64,000 nucleotides of DNA from Chlorokybus atmophyticus (Eukaryota; Plantae; Mesostigma and Chlorokybus algae). Of the stretch, positions 12,401-26,532 are shown piece by piece. The notes below the pieces were generated by a model, which searched no databases, had not been told where the DNA came from, and worked only from the letters and a program-made list of their open reading frames with translations. The first letter of the stretch is position 1; every line of letters begins with the position of its first letter. A program made the position numbers and the translations under genes. The stretch is from assembly GCA_009103225.1 (NCBI GenBank), contig RHPI01002262.1, positions 1,230,466-1,294,465 of the forward strand, in the 5' to 3' direction.

Positions 12401-14862
12401 TTGACGCATGCACACTCGCACTCACACTCACACTCACACCCGCGCACGCTCGCACGCTCGCATGCACACACGCACAACAAGAAACACGCCCCAGGTCAAC
12501 CTCCAATCCCGCGTGTTGGAGCTCCACTCCCACGGCAAGGCCTCCTCCAAGCTCGCCGACGAGTTCGAGGCGCCGCTGAGACGGGCAGCAAGGAGAGCGG
12601 CCCACGCCAGGGAGCGGGCGGACGAGGCGGAGGGAGGGGTGAGGAGGGCGAGGGACTGGTGCGGGGGGATCATGGAACGAGTCGCGAGGGTGGAGGTGAG
12701 AGACGCATGGATGCGCTTGCGCATGCATACACATAGTAGTAGCGCGCGTACAGTTACACACACACGCACACGCACACGCACACGCAGGCTACCTGGGACA
12801 CGGTCACCCGCGCCTCCGTCTCCGACCGCTCCCTCGACCGCGACACGATCATGTCCTTCGCCACCATCAACTCCCGCACGTCCACCACCACCACCACCAC
12901 CACCCCCTCCTCCAGTCTCGTCCTGACCGAAGACCAGGCCGCCCGCGTGATGGAGCACTTGTGTTACAGGCTCACGCACTGCCTCGCGACGGCCGTGGCG
13001 CAGTTCCCCGCGGTGTTTGAGGGTGGGAGTAGTGGGGATGTGTGGGGTGGGGGGTGGGGTGGGGTGGGGAGTGGTGGCGCGTCGCCTAATGGGGAGGTGG
13101 AGAGGACGGCGGCGTCACCGAGCTCGCGGAGGTGCGGGATGATGTTGGTTTTGGTGGAGGTGGTCAAGGTGTCGGTGGTGTTGCGGTATGTGTGTGACTT
13201 TGCGTGTGTGTTTTCGTAGAGCGTCGAGGGCTGTGGATTGGGTGAGGCCCGACAGCGCACCCTCCTTCCTACGGTAAGCTAAGCTAAGCTCGTGACCGCA
13301 CTACACAAACATCATAAAGTGTGTAAGTGCACGACGTGTTCATCACTTTGTGGATATCTGACTACGCAATACGTCTCAACAGGCCGTCGTTACCTATCAC
13401 GCCCCGAACGTCACTGCGCAGGCAGTCCATAACCACCCCACAGGCAAGAGAGAAGAGTATACACACGCACACGCACATGCACGCTACCCCCCCACCCCCC
13501 ACCCCCCACACACACACGCTCCCACACCCACACACGTTTCAGCAGGCTATGGCAGCTGTGTCCGTGGTATCCGCCCCGCAGTGGCCCGCAGCCGGTCTGC
13601 CGCTGTCGCCCCCCGCGCCCGCGCGATACAACGTCCGGGTGCGGGACGGCAACAACAGTGACAACAAGAACAAGGAGGAGCGCGCGGGAGAGGGGAAGGA
13701 GGAGGAGAGTGAGGCGTCATCCAGCGGAGATGTGAGTAACGTATCGTGCGTGTGCGCGTGCGTGTGCGTAAAGTTGTTGTTGTGGGATGTATGAGAGGTG
13801 GTTGTGTGTGCAGGAGCTTGAGGTCATGAGCGATGACGAGTTTTGGCTTCGAGAGCGGAGGTGAGTGAGGACATGCATCTACTGCTGACTGCATGTCCAC
13901 AGCCACTACTCATGTTTGTAACTGTGCAAGAATACAAGCACGCGTAGATCGCACCCACCCTCACCCCCACACACATGCACTCACGTGCAAACATGCGCAG
14001 ACACAAACGCACTGAACGTATCTTTGCCTGTTCATAGGGACCGTAAACGGGTTTCTTCGGGCATCACGCGCTCGCACGATCTGTTGGTAAGTGCACACTA
14101 TAAACAACCATGCCTACCTCGCTCATGAAGACGGTCGTAGCAACAAACGCTCCCGTGCGCGTGCGCACACATATACACACACGCACGTGTGCAGGAGTCT
14201 CACATGTTGAAGCGGAACGCGCTGACTCCCCGCGGGCGCATCCTCGCGGACGTGGCTGCGCGGCGAGCCCACCGGCTGCGCACAGCTTCGACCCAACAAC
14301 ACGCGTCGCGACCGTCGTCGCCGACACGCTTCGAGGCCAGAACACACGAGTTGATGGTAAGAGAGCAAAGTGCGTACTGATGAGCAACCAGTAGTGCGTT
14401 GGTAATCACACTCGCACACACGCACATGCACACGCACACGCACACGCACACGCACACGCACACGCACACGCACACGCACACGCACACGCACACGCACACG
14501 CACACGCACCGATGCGCCTTACACGCTCTCCGACGCCCATTCTCATGCACGCACGTGTTCACGCCCATGCAATCACCTCCGCACACGCACGCACGCACGC
14601 ACACACACACACAACCTTGATCTCTGCACAGGTCGATCTCGGTGTCCTCATCCCCGCCGTGTCTATATCCTCCTCCCTGCCGCCAACCCCGCATACACCC
14701 ACCCACTCATCCCAACAACAACAGCAATCGCCTCACGCACTGCGAGCGCGCACGGACACGCTGCCGTGGCAAGTCAAGCGTAGTAACAGTGGGGAGAATA
14801 TTAGTAATAAGAGTCCAGGGGGGATTGCGAGACGGATGCATGCAAGGACGGTGGGGGTGTGA
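9497..14862 (+). CDS. Multi-exon coiled-coil protein, possibly ODA docking-complex (ODAD/CCDC151-like) family
   Basis: GC-rich exons bounded by GT-AG with CA-repeat introns: WVASVRAELALMKHK..., VEELLRG-type coiled-coil exons, NQEEAIQEAFERLKAVTGLS|ELQAMTDLVIAR, then low-complexity exons to stop 14862. The EAFERLK..TG motif resembles ODA-DC1-type proteins. The 5' end may lie upstream or in the gap. Confidence 0.6.
14428..14508. repeat. (GCACAC)n hexamer microsatellite in an intron
   Basis: Uninterrupted GCACAC array of about 13 units. Confidence 0.95.
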
Positions 14863-15315
14863 AGGAAATTGTCGTGTCGTATTGGGTGCGCTTGCGTGGG
14901 TGGGTGCGTGGGTGCGTGCGTGCAACTTAGCGCACACGCGCTCGCGTGTGTGTGTGTGTGTGTGTGTGTGTCCCCACACAAGCGCATAACGTATCTTCGT
15001 CGCGGTGGGTGTCATGTCACACACAAACAACCGCATATAGGGCCATAACTGACACAGCGTGTAATCCCATGATGTGGCTGCACAACTGGCCGCCCGAAAA
15101 GCAAAGTGCACCATGAAAGAGGCAACTAGAAGTGATGGAGTATGACCCAGAATTGTTACTACTACCTAACCAATTTGTAAGAAGCCCACGCACACGGCTG
15201 TGAAGAACATATGTACACTACCGCTTTGCATCTGACGACCACCAAAGGCGAGAACGTTGCTCGCATCTACTATACAAAACTGTCATTCGACTACGAGGTG
15301 ATGAAACTCTTGCAT

Positions 15316-18300
15316 TCACCCGCAGCGGTTGGGCACGCCACCTGAGTGCACAAGCATGCATGAGCACATGCACATACAATCAGACACAATGTGAAGAGGA
15401 GTACGTTGTAAGATGGTATGTATGTGCACACCTCCGCCGCAGGTCTGTGCGGATTGAGCGCAGCCGCCGCAGTCGATGGCGCGACCGCAGGCGTCCACAC
15501 CGGTCCCGCACTCGTAGCCAAGAGCAGCACACCCGCCCGCAACACAACCTGCTTGTAGCAAGTTCATGAGGCACAGACATATACACACCCACGTGCACAC
15601 ACGCAAGCACGCGCAAACAGCATTGCACGTATCCTCACCGTTCGGTGCAGCCTTGCACGGCAGCCCTGCACACACACGCGCCTCACGTGTTACTACTCTT
15701 CACCCTCGACCACACCACGCACCGTATCAAACCCCACGCTTACCGATGTTGATCGCGTACGCCTTGCCGGTGCTTGCGTTCGGCACCGAGTAGAGCGTGA
15801 ACGGCGCGACCAGGAGGGAGTGTCCACGTGATGTGTAGACGGCGCTGTTGCCGATGAAGTAATCGCGGTCGAAGTACTTGGAGCGGTCACCGTTGTAAAC
15901 GTCAGGAACAACTGGGAGGGGGGACGAGTGGGTGGGTGCGTGTGCGTGTGTCTACGCACATCAACACACACACGTATTCACGCACGCACACACTTACGCC
16001 TTCGTCATCAAGCGCATATGCCAACGAACTCACGCGCGCGCACCCATCCACGTGCCCGCACAGGCACCCACCCACCCACCCACCCATCCACACACATACA
16101 CACACACACACACAACCACGCTCGCGCGCACTCATACACGCACACAGTCATGCCCACACCCACGTACTGTTAGCGAGCGTCGCGACGTCCCATCTGACGC
16201 AGCTCCCCGGTCCAAACCAGTTTCGTGTGGATCGTTTGTCGAGCTTGCACTCGGTCAGGAGGAGCCGGTCGCCCTGGGTCCAGATCAGGACGCCGGTGGA
16301 GGTGGGGAGCAGCTGGAGAGGCTCCTCGACTGAGACACACGCATGAGACAATGCAGCTCAAAGTCAATGAGGAGATAGAGACCATCGCTGCATGTGTGCT
16401 CTATGTGTACATATGCAAGCACATGAGACCAGTTGTTGTGTGTGTGCATGCGGGACACGCACGCACACGCACACCCACACGCACACGCAAACACACAGGG
16501 AAGCATACTGTTGTACCGTATCTCCCCGTCAGTCCCAGCGCGTCTCTCTCCAAGTCGTATCTCCTGCACTCCAGCGTGGGCACGCAGACCCACACGTACA
16601 CTCCCTCGCTCCACGTCAGGGGATCTGAACCATCGGTGTAGTGCATCAGGAAGAGGGCGCGGCCGGCGTAGGAGGCGGCCGTCGCGGGGCTGTACGGGAA
16701 GGGAGCGTTGTCTGGGGGGAGAGAGAGAGAGATGTGAGAGGGAGGGGGAGGAGGGGGAGGATGTGGGCAAGAAGTAGTGCGTGCGTGCGTGCGAGTGTGT
16801 TGCACATGTACTGACACGATGGTTTAGCACATGCACTTATAAACTCATGTGTGCGCATGGCACGCACACATGCATATAGGCTTGTTCGTGTGTGTACACA
16901 TGAGTACAAGTATACAAAAGCACATGCACGCTTGTGCACAACCCCGCACACGTAAGCACACACGCGCGAGCACGCACGCACACGCGCATGCCCACCTTCC
17001 AGCTCTGTCCGCAACTCCACGATGCTGCACGCCTGCGCCCCGAACCCACACCTCACCACCACGGGCCTGTTCCCTCCTCCCGTCCACGGCAGGTTCACGT
17101 ACACGGCGCCGCTATCCGCCGCGAGGGCCACCATGTTGGTGTTGGGTGGCGTGAACGACGGGAGGGGGACGTTGATGCATCCGGTTGATGTTGGGCCAGT
17201 GTTGGGGTCGCATGACCACAAGTCAACGTAAAAGTATTGCTGGTTGTTCGTGTCAAACTTGCTGGCCTCGATCGCTATGTAGAGACGCCGGTTGGTTATA
17301 AGCAAAGCCTTGGGGGTGGATACGAGAATCTCCGGGCCTGGGTATAAGGGTATGATCAGGGTGTTGGAGTGATACAACAGTAAGATGGTAGTCACGTACG
17401 TGTGTAGAGTGTGTCGCGTGTGTCGAATGCGGTGCATGTTGATAGATCTCTGCTGTTGCATCGGACGATGCCCACGGTCTCGTCGTTGGCGGCCAGAATC
17501 TGGAGAACCGCCGTGAAGTAGAAGTGGTTGCGCCAGACAGCCACGGACGTAAGACCGTTGACCCAAACTGCATGGGGAGATGTCTGTGTGCGTGCATGCG
17601 AGTCGTGCGCACACACACACACGCACGCACAAACACATAGATACATGTGTGTCTGTGTCTGTGTCTGTGTCTGTGTGTGTGTCTTGTGTTCAATTGCGCA
17701 TGTGCGTGTGCACGTCAGCGTGCATGGATGGGAGACTCACAACCACAATGTCTCATGTCTTGCTTACTGTTGTATCCTGGCACGGAGGGTTGGTGGACAG
17801 AGCAGTCGGTTCCATCCACGCGGCAGTCGTGGATTTCGAGCTGCTGGCGATTGCGGCTGAGAACGAACAGAGCTCTCCCGTCATCGCCGTTGGGGATGAC
17901 GGTGAAGGGCTCCTGGTCAGACGTGCTCACTGCGTATACACAACCGTACACTCAAGTGCATATCAATGCGTCTGTGCGTGCATGTGGTGTTGCGTGTGGG
18001 TGTGCACATGCGTGCACATGCCTTTGCAAGTGCGCATGTACCAGACAGACTACATGAAGTCTATCAGTTTACCAGTTGTGAGCTCTGTGGCTGTTACTGT
18101 TGGTCCGGCTTTGTTGGGCGCATTGCAGCCTGCAAGGTAAGCACTGTAAGCTTCCATGCGCTACTGCTTGTGGCTGACTTTGCCAGGCAAACAAGAGAAT
18201 GAACAAGCAAGCATGCAATGTTGTTGCTTGAAGCTCTGTGTGCTGCCCACCAAAGAAAGACAAGTTGGGGCAACTGTTGCTGTCATAGTTGTTGTTAGCC

Positions 18301-18371
18301 AGCGCTGGGCAGCAGCTCAGAGCTGCTACCGCAATCAGCGACCCAATACACAGAAGCGCAGTCCCCTTCAT
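15316..18371 (-). CDS. Secreted Cys-rich protein with putative disulfide-linked beta-propeller blades and a C-terminal Cys-rich module
   Basis: Signal peptide MKGTALLCIGSLIAVAALSCCPALA. About 10 exons can be joined in frame. Repeated hydrophobic-x-C-x(5-10)-C units occur (IHDCRVDGTDC, IVRCNSRDLSTC, LWSCDPNTGPTSTGC, VVRCGFGAQAC). The end reads ECGTGVDACGRAIDCGGCAQSAQTCGG|GGVPNRCG*. Confidence 0.75.
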
Positions 18372-19608
18372 TGCAGCAGCGACTATGACAACAAAAAAAA
18401 CACTACAAACTTCCAGAACAGATGCACATAACACAGCCTTTATCACTGCGCTCTGTCTGTTACTAGGCCTACACGTGGCATTACTTGATAAGGCGTGTTG
18501 AACCATGGAGGACTGCATGTAACCGAGTCGGTCATGATCCGACAAAGAGATGGCATCGCAAGGACAGACTTGGCAGGCCGTGGCGTCATTAGGCATGTAG
18601 TGTCTAGTGTAGGTGTACAGGTGAGTAGTGTACAGGTGAGTGGTTGTGTACCGTGATGGTGTAACGGAGACTTATGCTTATAGTTGCTCTTGCGACTGGC
18701 CGCCACGAGCTGGAAACGCGTCGGACGCGTTGAAGGAATGAAGCGACCTTTTTCTATTCACCTAGATTTCATGGCATGTGCATGAGGCATTCAACACCAG
18801 ACCAGAGGTCAGATAGATGAAGCGTCACTCGATCTTTTCTTGCACGCGGCTGACATAACGGCACTGCTTGCGTGGCTGGTGTCAGGCTGCCCTTGCTTTA
18901 AGAAACGCGGTGTTTCTGCTCTGATGACTCTGGCAACTCGGGTGCAATGGGTGTGTTGTAGAAGACCATCAATGACTGCAAATTTGACCTTATTCATGTC
19001 TGACAGTTCGCGCAACATTGAACATGCAGCTACTTGGTACGTGGATTCAGAGGCAATTACATGGTTGCAGTTTATTAATTTGTTTTATTTATCTTGCAAC
19101 ATCAATAACCATTCATGCATTATAAATTAGCAATTATGTACATAATTGTTGAGCAATGCTTGTGCAATAATAAGTGATTTACTTACTTGCACTTAAGGCA
19201 TGATAAAACAAAAGCAAGATCCCTCGTGTGACGAGAATAGATCACGAGATGAACTGGCATAATGTGATGTAACACTCTACTTGCTATATATTATATAGCT
19301 AAGCCATGTTAGAATGGCTGTAAGCGAATACATGTGCCGATTTCAATATATGAATGGCATCTTGTTTATTTCAATGTTTGCATATGCGCGTATACAACTT
19401 TGTTGAACACATTTTAATATACACGAAATGATTCAGCTATTCGCTATGCATAAATTGTTCGGCTTTAGCCCCGCTGCGAGAGGTGACATGGTGTGATGCA
19501 TTATAAGTATATACAAATTCAGATTCAGATTTTTATTGATAATTACATCATCATTAACACATATATGAACTGCAGAAAGACGAGATGGCTGTTGTACTAT
19601 TCGTATAC

Positions 19609-19613
<5 letters not shown>

Positions 19614-19655
<42 letters not shown>
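19614..19655. repeat. (AT)n microsatellite
   Basis: About 21 AT units in an AT-rich spacer. Confidence 0.95.
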
Positions 19656-19662
<7 letters not shown>

Positions 19663-22600
19663 ACAATATAATTATATATATTGAAAAAAATAGTGGGAAT
19701 CAATATGAACACGAATATGCTAACAGCTTGTGAACGTGTTGCCGACTCGTATATATGCCTTATATGCATGAATAACATTACAGGCAATACGAAAAAATTG
19801 ATGAAGTAATGAAATATTAAATCAATGTGAAGATAAGTAAGCTACTGTAGCACGACTGTAATCCAAAGTCATATAACAACTGTCAGCACAGCGTGTCCTA
19901 TGAAGTTGCAATGTGCAAGCATGATAAACAAAGCCGACTCAGGCAATTATGAAGATTGACTTACATTATTATAAATACGTGCTCAAAAACCCATGTTCAA
20001 CTCACATGCACACTCATCACCAAGTTTGTGTTGTTGTGTAATTAATAACACCATTAATATCGGCACCATGCGCACGCGTGTGTTGTTCACCCACAAGCAC
20101 TCTACGCTCTTTTATGCAACTCATTTATCCATCAAAGCATTTGATTTTTGATGTATGGATCCATCCGTAAAAAAGCCATTAACAGAATGTCGCACGTTTC
20201 ATAACTCACATGCTCAAGAGGATACGACTTGAAACTGCTTGTAAAGGATGTAGCCCTAGTTGCATTAAAACTGTACTACAATAGTTTTTAATATAGATTC
20301 CGGCTAGCCAAGTTCTAAACACACATAGCAAAATCATTTGTAAAGTACGTGAAAGCCTTGCAATGCGCGTATTCAATTCAGTTCTTCAACAAGCAAACTT
20401 GAATTTGCATGCAAGTATGCTACTATACAAATGACAATCCGTAACTCTTGAAGTGCTGTCCGTAATTTGACACACGTATTTATCACAACGTATGCATGGT
20501 AAGAATATATATTCAACACAGCGTAATTGGCTTAGTGATTATCACCACCCGTTTGAGGCTGTTTAAATTGCTACGATATGAGCTGCATGTTTCTTAACTA
20601 TATAGTTTACAATGCAATATTGCATATATTTAAGTTTCATATGTGCATAATGCGCTAGTAGCATGACGTGCATATCTGTTGTGTATTCGAAGTAAAACCA
20701 ATCAACATTCCACTTAATACGCTATTGCATTGCTTTAAGCATATATAAATGACGTCAAAACCGTTTTGTTAACGTTACGTTAGCTGCTGTATTTATTCAA
20801 CTATTGGTACACACAAAAAGTATTGAAGTCGGACTTTCTTAGCCACCAGGTTGCAAACTGTTGTGTATTAACATATTATGTCGTGCCATATACATGATAT
20901 ATATAAATTCAATATTATAAGGCCAACACGAGAGAAAATGTAGCACCCCCACATCATACATGAATATGCGGGTGCTACATTTTAATCTATCCTGTAGCAC
21001 CGCCACACTTCTACAGTCACGCACGAATTGCAGCGCGCATGGGTAATCATTATATTGGTTGCCTATGGTGATTAGGGCTCTACTAATAGGACCATCGACC
21101 CCTTATTGCCATAATTCGGAGTCCACCGGCCCGCGCTGTCGTGGCTACCACGTGGGTACTCGCGACCCCGAGGGATCGAAGGCTATAAGAAAGATTATGT
21201 GGCGGTCGTGAAAGTCACTACCAAAGATGTCGCCGTCTTCTTAACAGATATCTTCTGTTTGGCCGCCAGAAATCTTGTGCCGTCAAAAGCAAAGTTGTGG
21301 CTCTCGTCGAGATTTGCCGCCATTCAAAAGTTATTGCCAGTATACGAGGTATATACGGCCAGTATGGCTGATGATTTATTAACTACCAGAATTTCGGGCC
21401 GTTTTGCCCGGGGGCGATCGCCATAGGCAGCGAAATGCAGATAACAATACATGCTGCATCAAGCAAATCATGGCTCTCATGTGTAATACTCCGTTGACAG
21501 GCTGTGCTCAGCCTTTCAACTCTCAACTTATGCAATAATGCATAAAAATATGATCACTGCACATGTACATGCACCATGTGCACAAGTTCACACACAATGT
21601 ATCTGCATAATAGACACATATGTCTATTATGCATATGGTCACATGCACAGTGTCAAATAGCGTTGAGTATAATACAACTTTTAGTGAGCCTTGCCGAGTG
21701 TTGAACTGTTCATCTATATGAATACATTATTATAAAATGGCATTCATATTATAATCCAAAAGGTTTTTGCTATGGAGCAAAACCAATTTGCGCATGGAGG
21801 TATAATACAGAGATGCACAAACCATAGTTATTATTATCATATTATAGCAATATATGTGTACATGTGTGTGTGTGTGTGTGAGTGTAGGCGGATTATACAA
21901 ATTGAAAAAAAACGCCTCATGCTGTTTTATCATGTGCGATACAACCATAGTACCACGTTCGTAAAAGGCGCCGCTCAAGTATTTGGTTAATAATTTGTAA
22001 AAAACCCGCCCATCCATGTATTCCAATTTAAAGTCTTGGTAATGCATAAGTCTGGCCGTCAAAAAGTTAATTTAAGTTTCTTATAATGCCCTCGCCGAGT
22101 TAATTATCGTATAAAGAATTTGCGGCATTACGGTATAACAATAAATGCGAATTCATCTATATTATGGAATAACAATATGCAACGCCGCAAGTTGTTCATA
22201 AGCGTTGCCAATATATACATATACACATGAATGCTGTGACATTGATAAATTGTGTTTCAGATTTATATCCATGTTGCTGTTGACGTATTAATGTATTGAC
22301 TTTTAATGTTAAGTTTTTATTATTCGATACTTTGCGTTGTTAACTTTGGCATTATAATATACATCTCTATTTTTTATGTTAACATGTAATCAAGCATTTA
22401 TAACTGATAAAGTTATTGTGAATTATTTTCTTTTTAAATATATAATCTGAGGTTGTCATCTGTATGAGTTCAAATTGCCAGTACAGCAGATCGCAAATAT
22501 TCTGGTTTGAGTTTGTTTTACATGTATGGAAAGTGATATCAATACCAGTGGTCATTATAAACCAGCCCAAGGCTGCCCTTTCACATGCGAATTTCCCGGC

Positions 22601-23133
22601 AGCACGGTTATAGCATGATAACTTGCCACTCTGGGGTTGTCACCGTAAATGGAAAATCATCATGCTATGCTGTTGCCCGGTTCACATGACCGTGCCGTTG
22701 GGCGGCGGGAAACTTCGAGTCGAGCGCTCGTGGGTGTGTTGAGCGTGTGATTCCTCCACGAGTGGCCACCACAGCTTACTAGGTTGGCGCGCATTTGAAA
22801 TGAACGCTCAATCCGAATGCTTTTAAGTTTAAATTGGATCTACACAATCAACTCCCAAAGTAGCTACCTGGGGACCTACCTGCGAGGCTAATACAAGTAT
22901 CTGACCTACTCGTCGAGCATCAGGGTCGCGGCAAGTAGGCCAGACCGTAGAGCACGTGTCTGACAGTTGCTTTGTCGTTTTCCCGCCCCCCTTTTCAATC
23001 AATCACATAGCATCCTTTCTGTCACTAAAGATCTGACGTAACTCTCAACCCGTATCAGAGATACGTCGGCATGGCACAAGGGACAAACGTGTATGCATAC
23101 GTAACTTAACCATACTTGAAGGCTTCCTCTGAT

Positions 23134-25423
23134 ATGCGCATTGCTTGCTTGAAGCTCTGCTCGGCTGTCTCCTCTGTGGCGGCCTCCATGGCGTGGTCGG
23201 CGGCGGGGGCTGCTGCGGCCACGTTGGTGGTGGCCTCCGTCGGCAAGTCGTCATGGAGGAGGGGAGTCGTGACGGCCTTCGCGGCGCTGTTCATGACACT
23301 GCTGCTGCTGTTCGCCGCACCGATTAGCACGTCCATAGGTGGGTGCGAAGCACGCATGCATGTTTCATCTGGCATCTGGCAGGATGTATCAGGCGGCGAT
23401 GTACGTGGGTCCGAGGTGTAACTACACACACCAACACACTCACCCAACAATCTTCCTTGCCAGGTGCCAACCTGGCCATTCTGCGATGGCGCCTGGCTGG
23501 GATGCACCGAAGCCTCAGCGACAGCGACCTGCCGCCATGTGTCAAACTACGTACGTAACAGCATGGTGGCAACGCACAACACGTGACTTGTGTGTGACTT
23601 CAGTCTGTCTAAATCTGACTCCAGCATCTGCATGCATGCATGCACATGCACGTGCACGTGTCTGTGGGGTTGTGTAGACTAACAATGACGCATTGTCCTG
23701 ATGTCCAGCCACCTCTGGATCTTGGGAACGCAGCACCTTTAGGCAATTCTGCCGTTCCAACATCAAGTAAGCAGCTTGTATCACAAGTTAACACAAAGGT
23801 CGAATCCGTGCTCATGCAAAGACTACCCCCTCACACGCACCCATGCACACACCCGCACCCAGACACGCATACGCACTCACCCACCCACCCACCTCCTCAC
23901 CCACATTTCCTCTCCTCTCAGCACCAAGTCCTGGGGCCAGTCCGACCCCCACCTCCTCCGCTCCCCTTCCACCCTCTCCATCACCCATCTCCTCTCCCTC
24001 CTGAGACACAAGACCCTCGTCCTCGCCGGCGACAGCGTGATGTCCCAGACTTGGTACGGCCTCATGTGCGCGCTGGAGCAAGACGGCGTCATGTCCACGT
24101 ACGTGCGCGAGAACAGGGAGTTGTACTCTACTCTACAAGCTCGCTTCGAGGAGAAACACATCTCGCCTCTGCCGGAGCGAGTGAGGGAAGCGTTTGCGAG
24201 GGCGGGGAAGGGAGGGGAAGGGAGGTATGAGGAGTTTGGACACTGGTTGGCGGGAGAGTCGGCGTGGACGGTGGGAGGGGAGTACAACGTCACTATACTC
24301 GCGGTAGGTGGTGTGTGTGATGTGTGTCTGTGGTAATCTGTGCATGTGCATGGGGTGTGCAGCATGTATTGTCACAAGCAAGCATGGCACTTGTTGCCCA
24401 ACATAACATACTCATGCACGCACGTGCATGTACACTCGCATGCATCGTGGGAGAGAATGTGTGCACGAGTTGACGCGCCCAGTGCGTTTACGTGCATGTA
24501 CATTGACGAGGCTGATCTGTAAACCTGCTTGTCACACAGCCGCGGTTGGATTGGTACTCGCGCGAGTATTTGTCAGCGTGGCTGGATGTGGCAGATGTGG
24601 CGATTGTGAACTTTGGGCTGCATTACCACCACGAGGACGAGTATGTGGCGCCGCTCGCGAACGCAATGGACCTGCTCAATGCGTGGGGCTCGAATAACCC
24701 CAACAAGGTGCGCGTGGTTTGGTTGTGGTGATGCTCGCATGTTGCCACACGCAGACATGCTCGCACACTTGTCATACACAAGCACTGTAGTTTACTAGTT
24801 CATGCACAAGATGTGTGTGCATATCTTTCATGCGCACACATACACACGTGCGCACGTACAGGTGCACACACACGTGCATGCGTGCTCGTTTGCAGTCACC
24901 AAACTATACACACCCACATGCGCACGCGAGCGCGCTCACTCGCTGCCTGTGCACATATTAATGTTGCATAGACACCTACACATGTACAGCAATATGCTAT
25001 GCTGTTGCCGACATGGGCGTATTCACACACGCATATGTATCCCTCTCTCTGTTCCAGATCGCTATATTCAGGGAGGTCTCCGCCCAGCACTTTGCCTGGA
25101 CCGGTCACTTCTCTTACCCTCTCCACTCGTCTCGTCTGCTCGCCGACTGCGAGCCTCTCTCATCAACAACATACCAATCCAACTTCATCTGGTGGCAGAA
25201 CATGCGGATAAGGGAGTCTCTTGTGAACAAAACCAACGTATCTCTCTTGCCGTATTATAGACTTACGGCACCGCGGTACGACATGCATCACGGGCCGAGA
25301 GGGGGGGATGATAGGAGAGTGAGGGACTGCACGCATTTCTGCTACACGCCGCTGTTTATCGATGCACATGTCACGGATATGTGTCAGGTGCTTGAAAAGA
25401 GAATCGGGAGCAGTCGTCAGTGA
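23134..25423 (+). CDS. TBL/PC-esterase (GDSL/SGNH-like) polysaccharide O-acetyltransferase-family protein
   Basis: N-terminal hydrophobic anchor VVTAFAALFMTLLLLFAAP, then LRHKTLVLAGDSVMSQ (GDS motif), DVAIVNFGLHY, IFREVSAQHF and RDCTHFC (DxxH motif); stop at 25423. Confidence 0.85.
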
Positions 25424-25809
25424 TGTTGTAGGTTATAGCGTTGTGGGTAATATGTACAGTCTTTATAATGTGTGCATAGGGGACTGTTGTATATCAGGTC
25501 GCCAGCTGGCTATAAGATAATCGCCACATTGGCGGTGGCTTTAGCATGTGCGCGTTTTTTGAACGAGTTGAAGAAAAACGGCCTGCTTGTCGCAATCGCT
25601 TTTAACGCAGATATGCGTGCGCAAGTGAGCACGCACCCAGCACGCATGCATGTGTACGCACACGCGTGCTTGCATAGACACGCATCCGTAAACACATGTT
25701 GTGTGCCCACACCAACAACAACACGCACACGCACACAACCACGACATGCACCGCCGCAGAGGGAGTTTCCGCGCGCGCCGAACATGCATGCGTGTGTGTA
25801 CTGACAAAA

Positions 25810-26532
25810 CCCTAAGCCGGCAGTTGACAAGACGGCAGTAGGAGGCTGGCGGAGATGGCGGCGGGGGGGTGGGTGAAGCGGGGAGGGGGAGTCCGTTGAG
25901 TCCTGCTGCTGGTGTGGCCGCTGCTGCTGCTGCAAGAAGGCCGCTGACCAAGGCGCATGTGCAGGTGATGACGCACGCATGCATGCACGCATTTCTAATG
26001 GGTATGGGTAGTAGAGAAGGTAGGTAGCAGCTAGGTCAGCAGCCCGCTGGTTAATGAGAGTGCTTCATAGTGCGGTGGATAGACTGCTCATGCATGTGTG
26101 TGTCACACTCTCATGCATGCCACAATCCTTGCATTCTATTCATTATACATACACACGCCACCCTCGTGTGATGCCCTCGCAACAGAAAGAGAGATTGTTC
26201 ATGGCCAGACCACCCCACATACATTCACTACACCCCAACTAGTGGTGGGTCCACTCGCACACAGTCCATATCGTCAAGCAGACTTCATCCCACACAACTT
26301 CAGTTTAGTTCGATCCCCCTCCTCTGTACCTGACCCCTCCCAGCCCCACCCCCCTCGGCAGCTCCCTGTACGGGCTCCTCCCCTCGATGACTTCCGTCGC
26401 CGCAGCGTCCATCACCGCGCGACCGTCGCTACGCCAGCGCCAGGCAAGGGCGGCGACAACGACGGCGAGGTACAGACACACCCACGCCGATGTGGGGAGG
26501 GAGGACAAGAGGGAGGAGAGGGAAGAGGGCAT
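25810..26532 (-). CDS. Possible small membrane protein (uncertain model)
   Basis: GC-rich exon-like blocks: MPSSLSS...WVCLYLAVVVAALAWRW (TM-like) with a possible donor near 26330, and a Pro/Ala-rich block at 25957-25810. No recognisable family. Confidence 0.3.

Noticed and set aside
22680-22810. Short stems (CTCGTGG/CCACGAG; TGAGCGT/ACGCTCA) suggesting a structured ncRNA
   Set aside because: Stems are only 7 bp, with no tRNA, snRNA or snoRNA hallmarks. More likely promoter-proximal GC-rich DNA.
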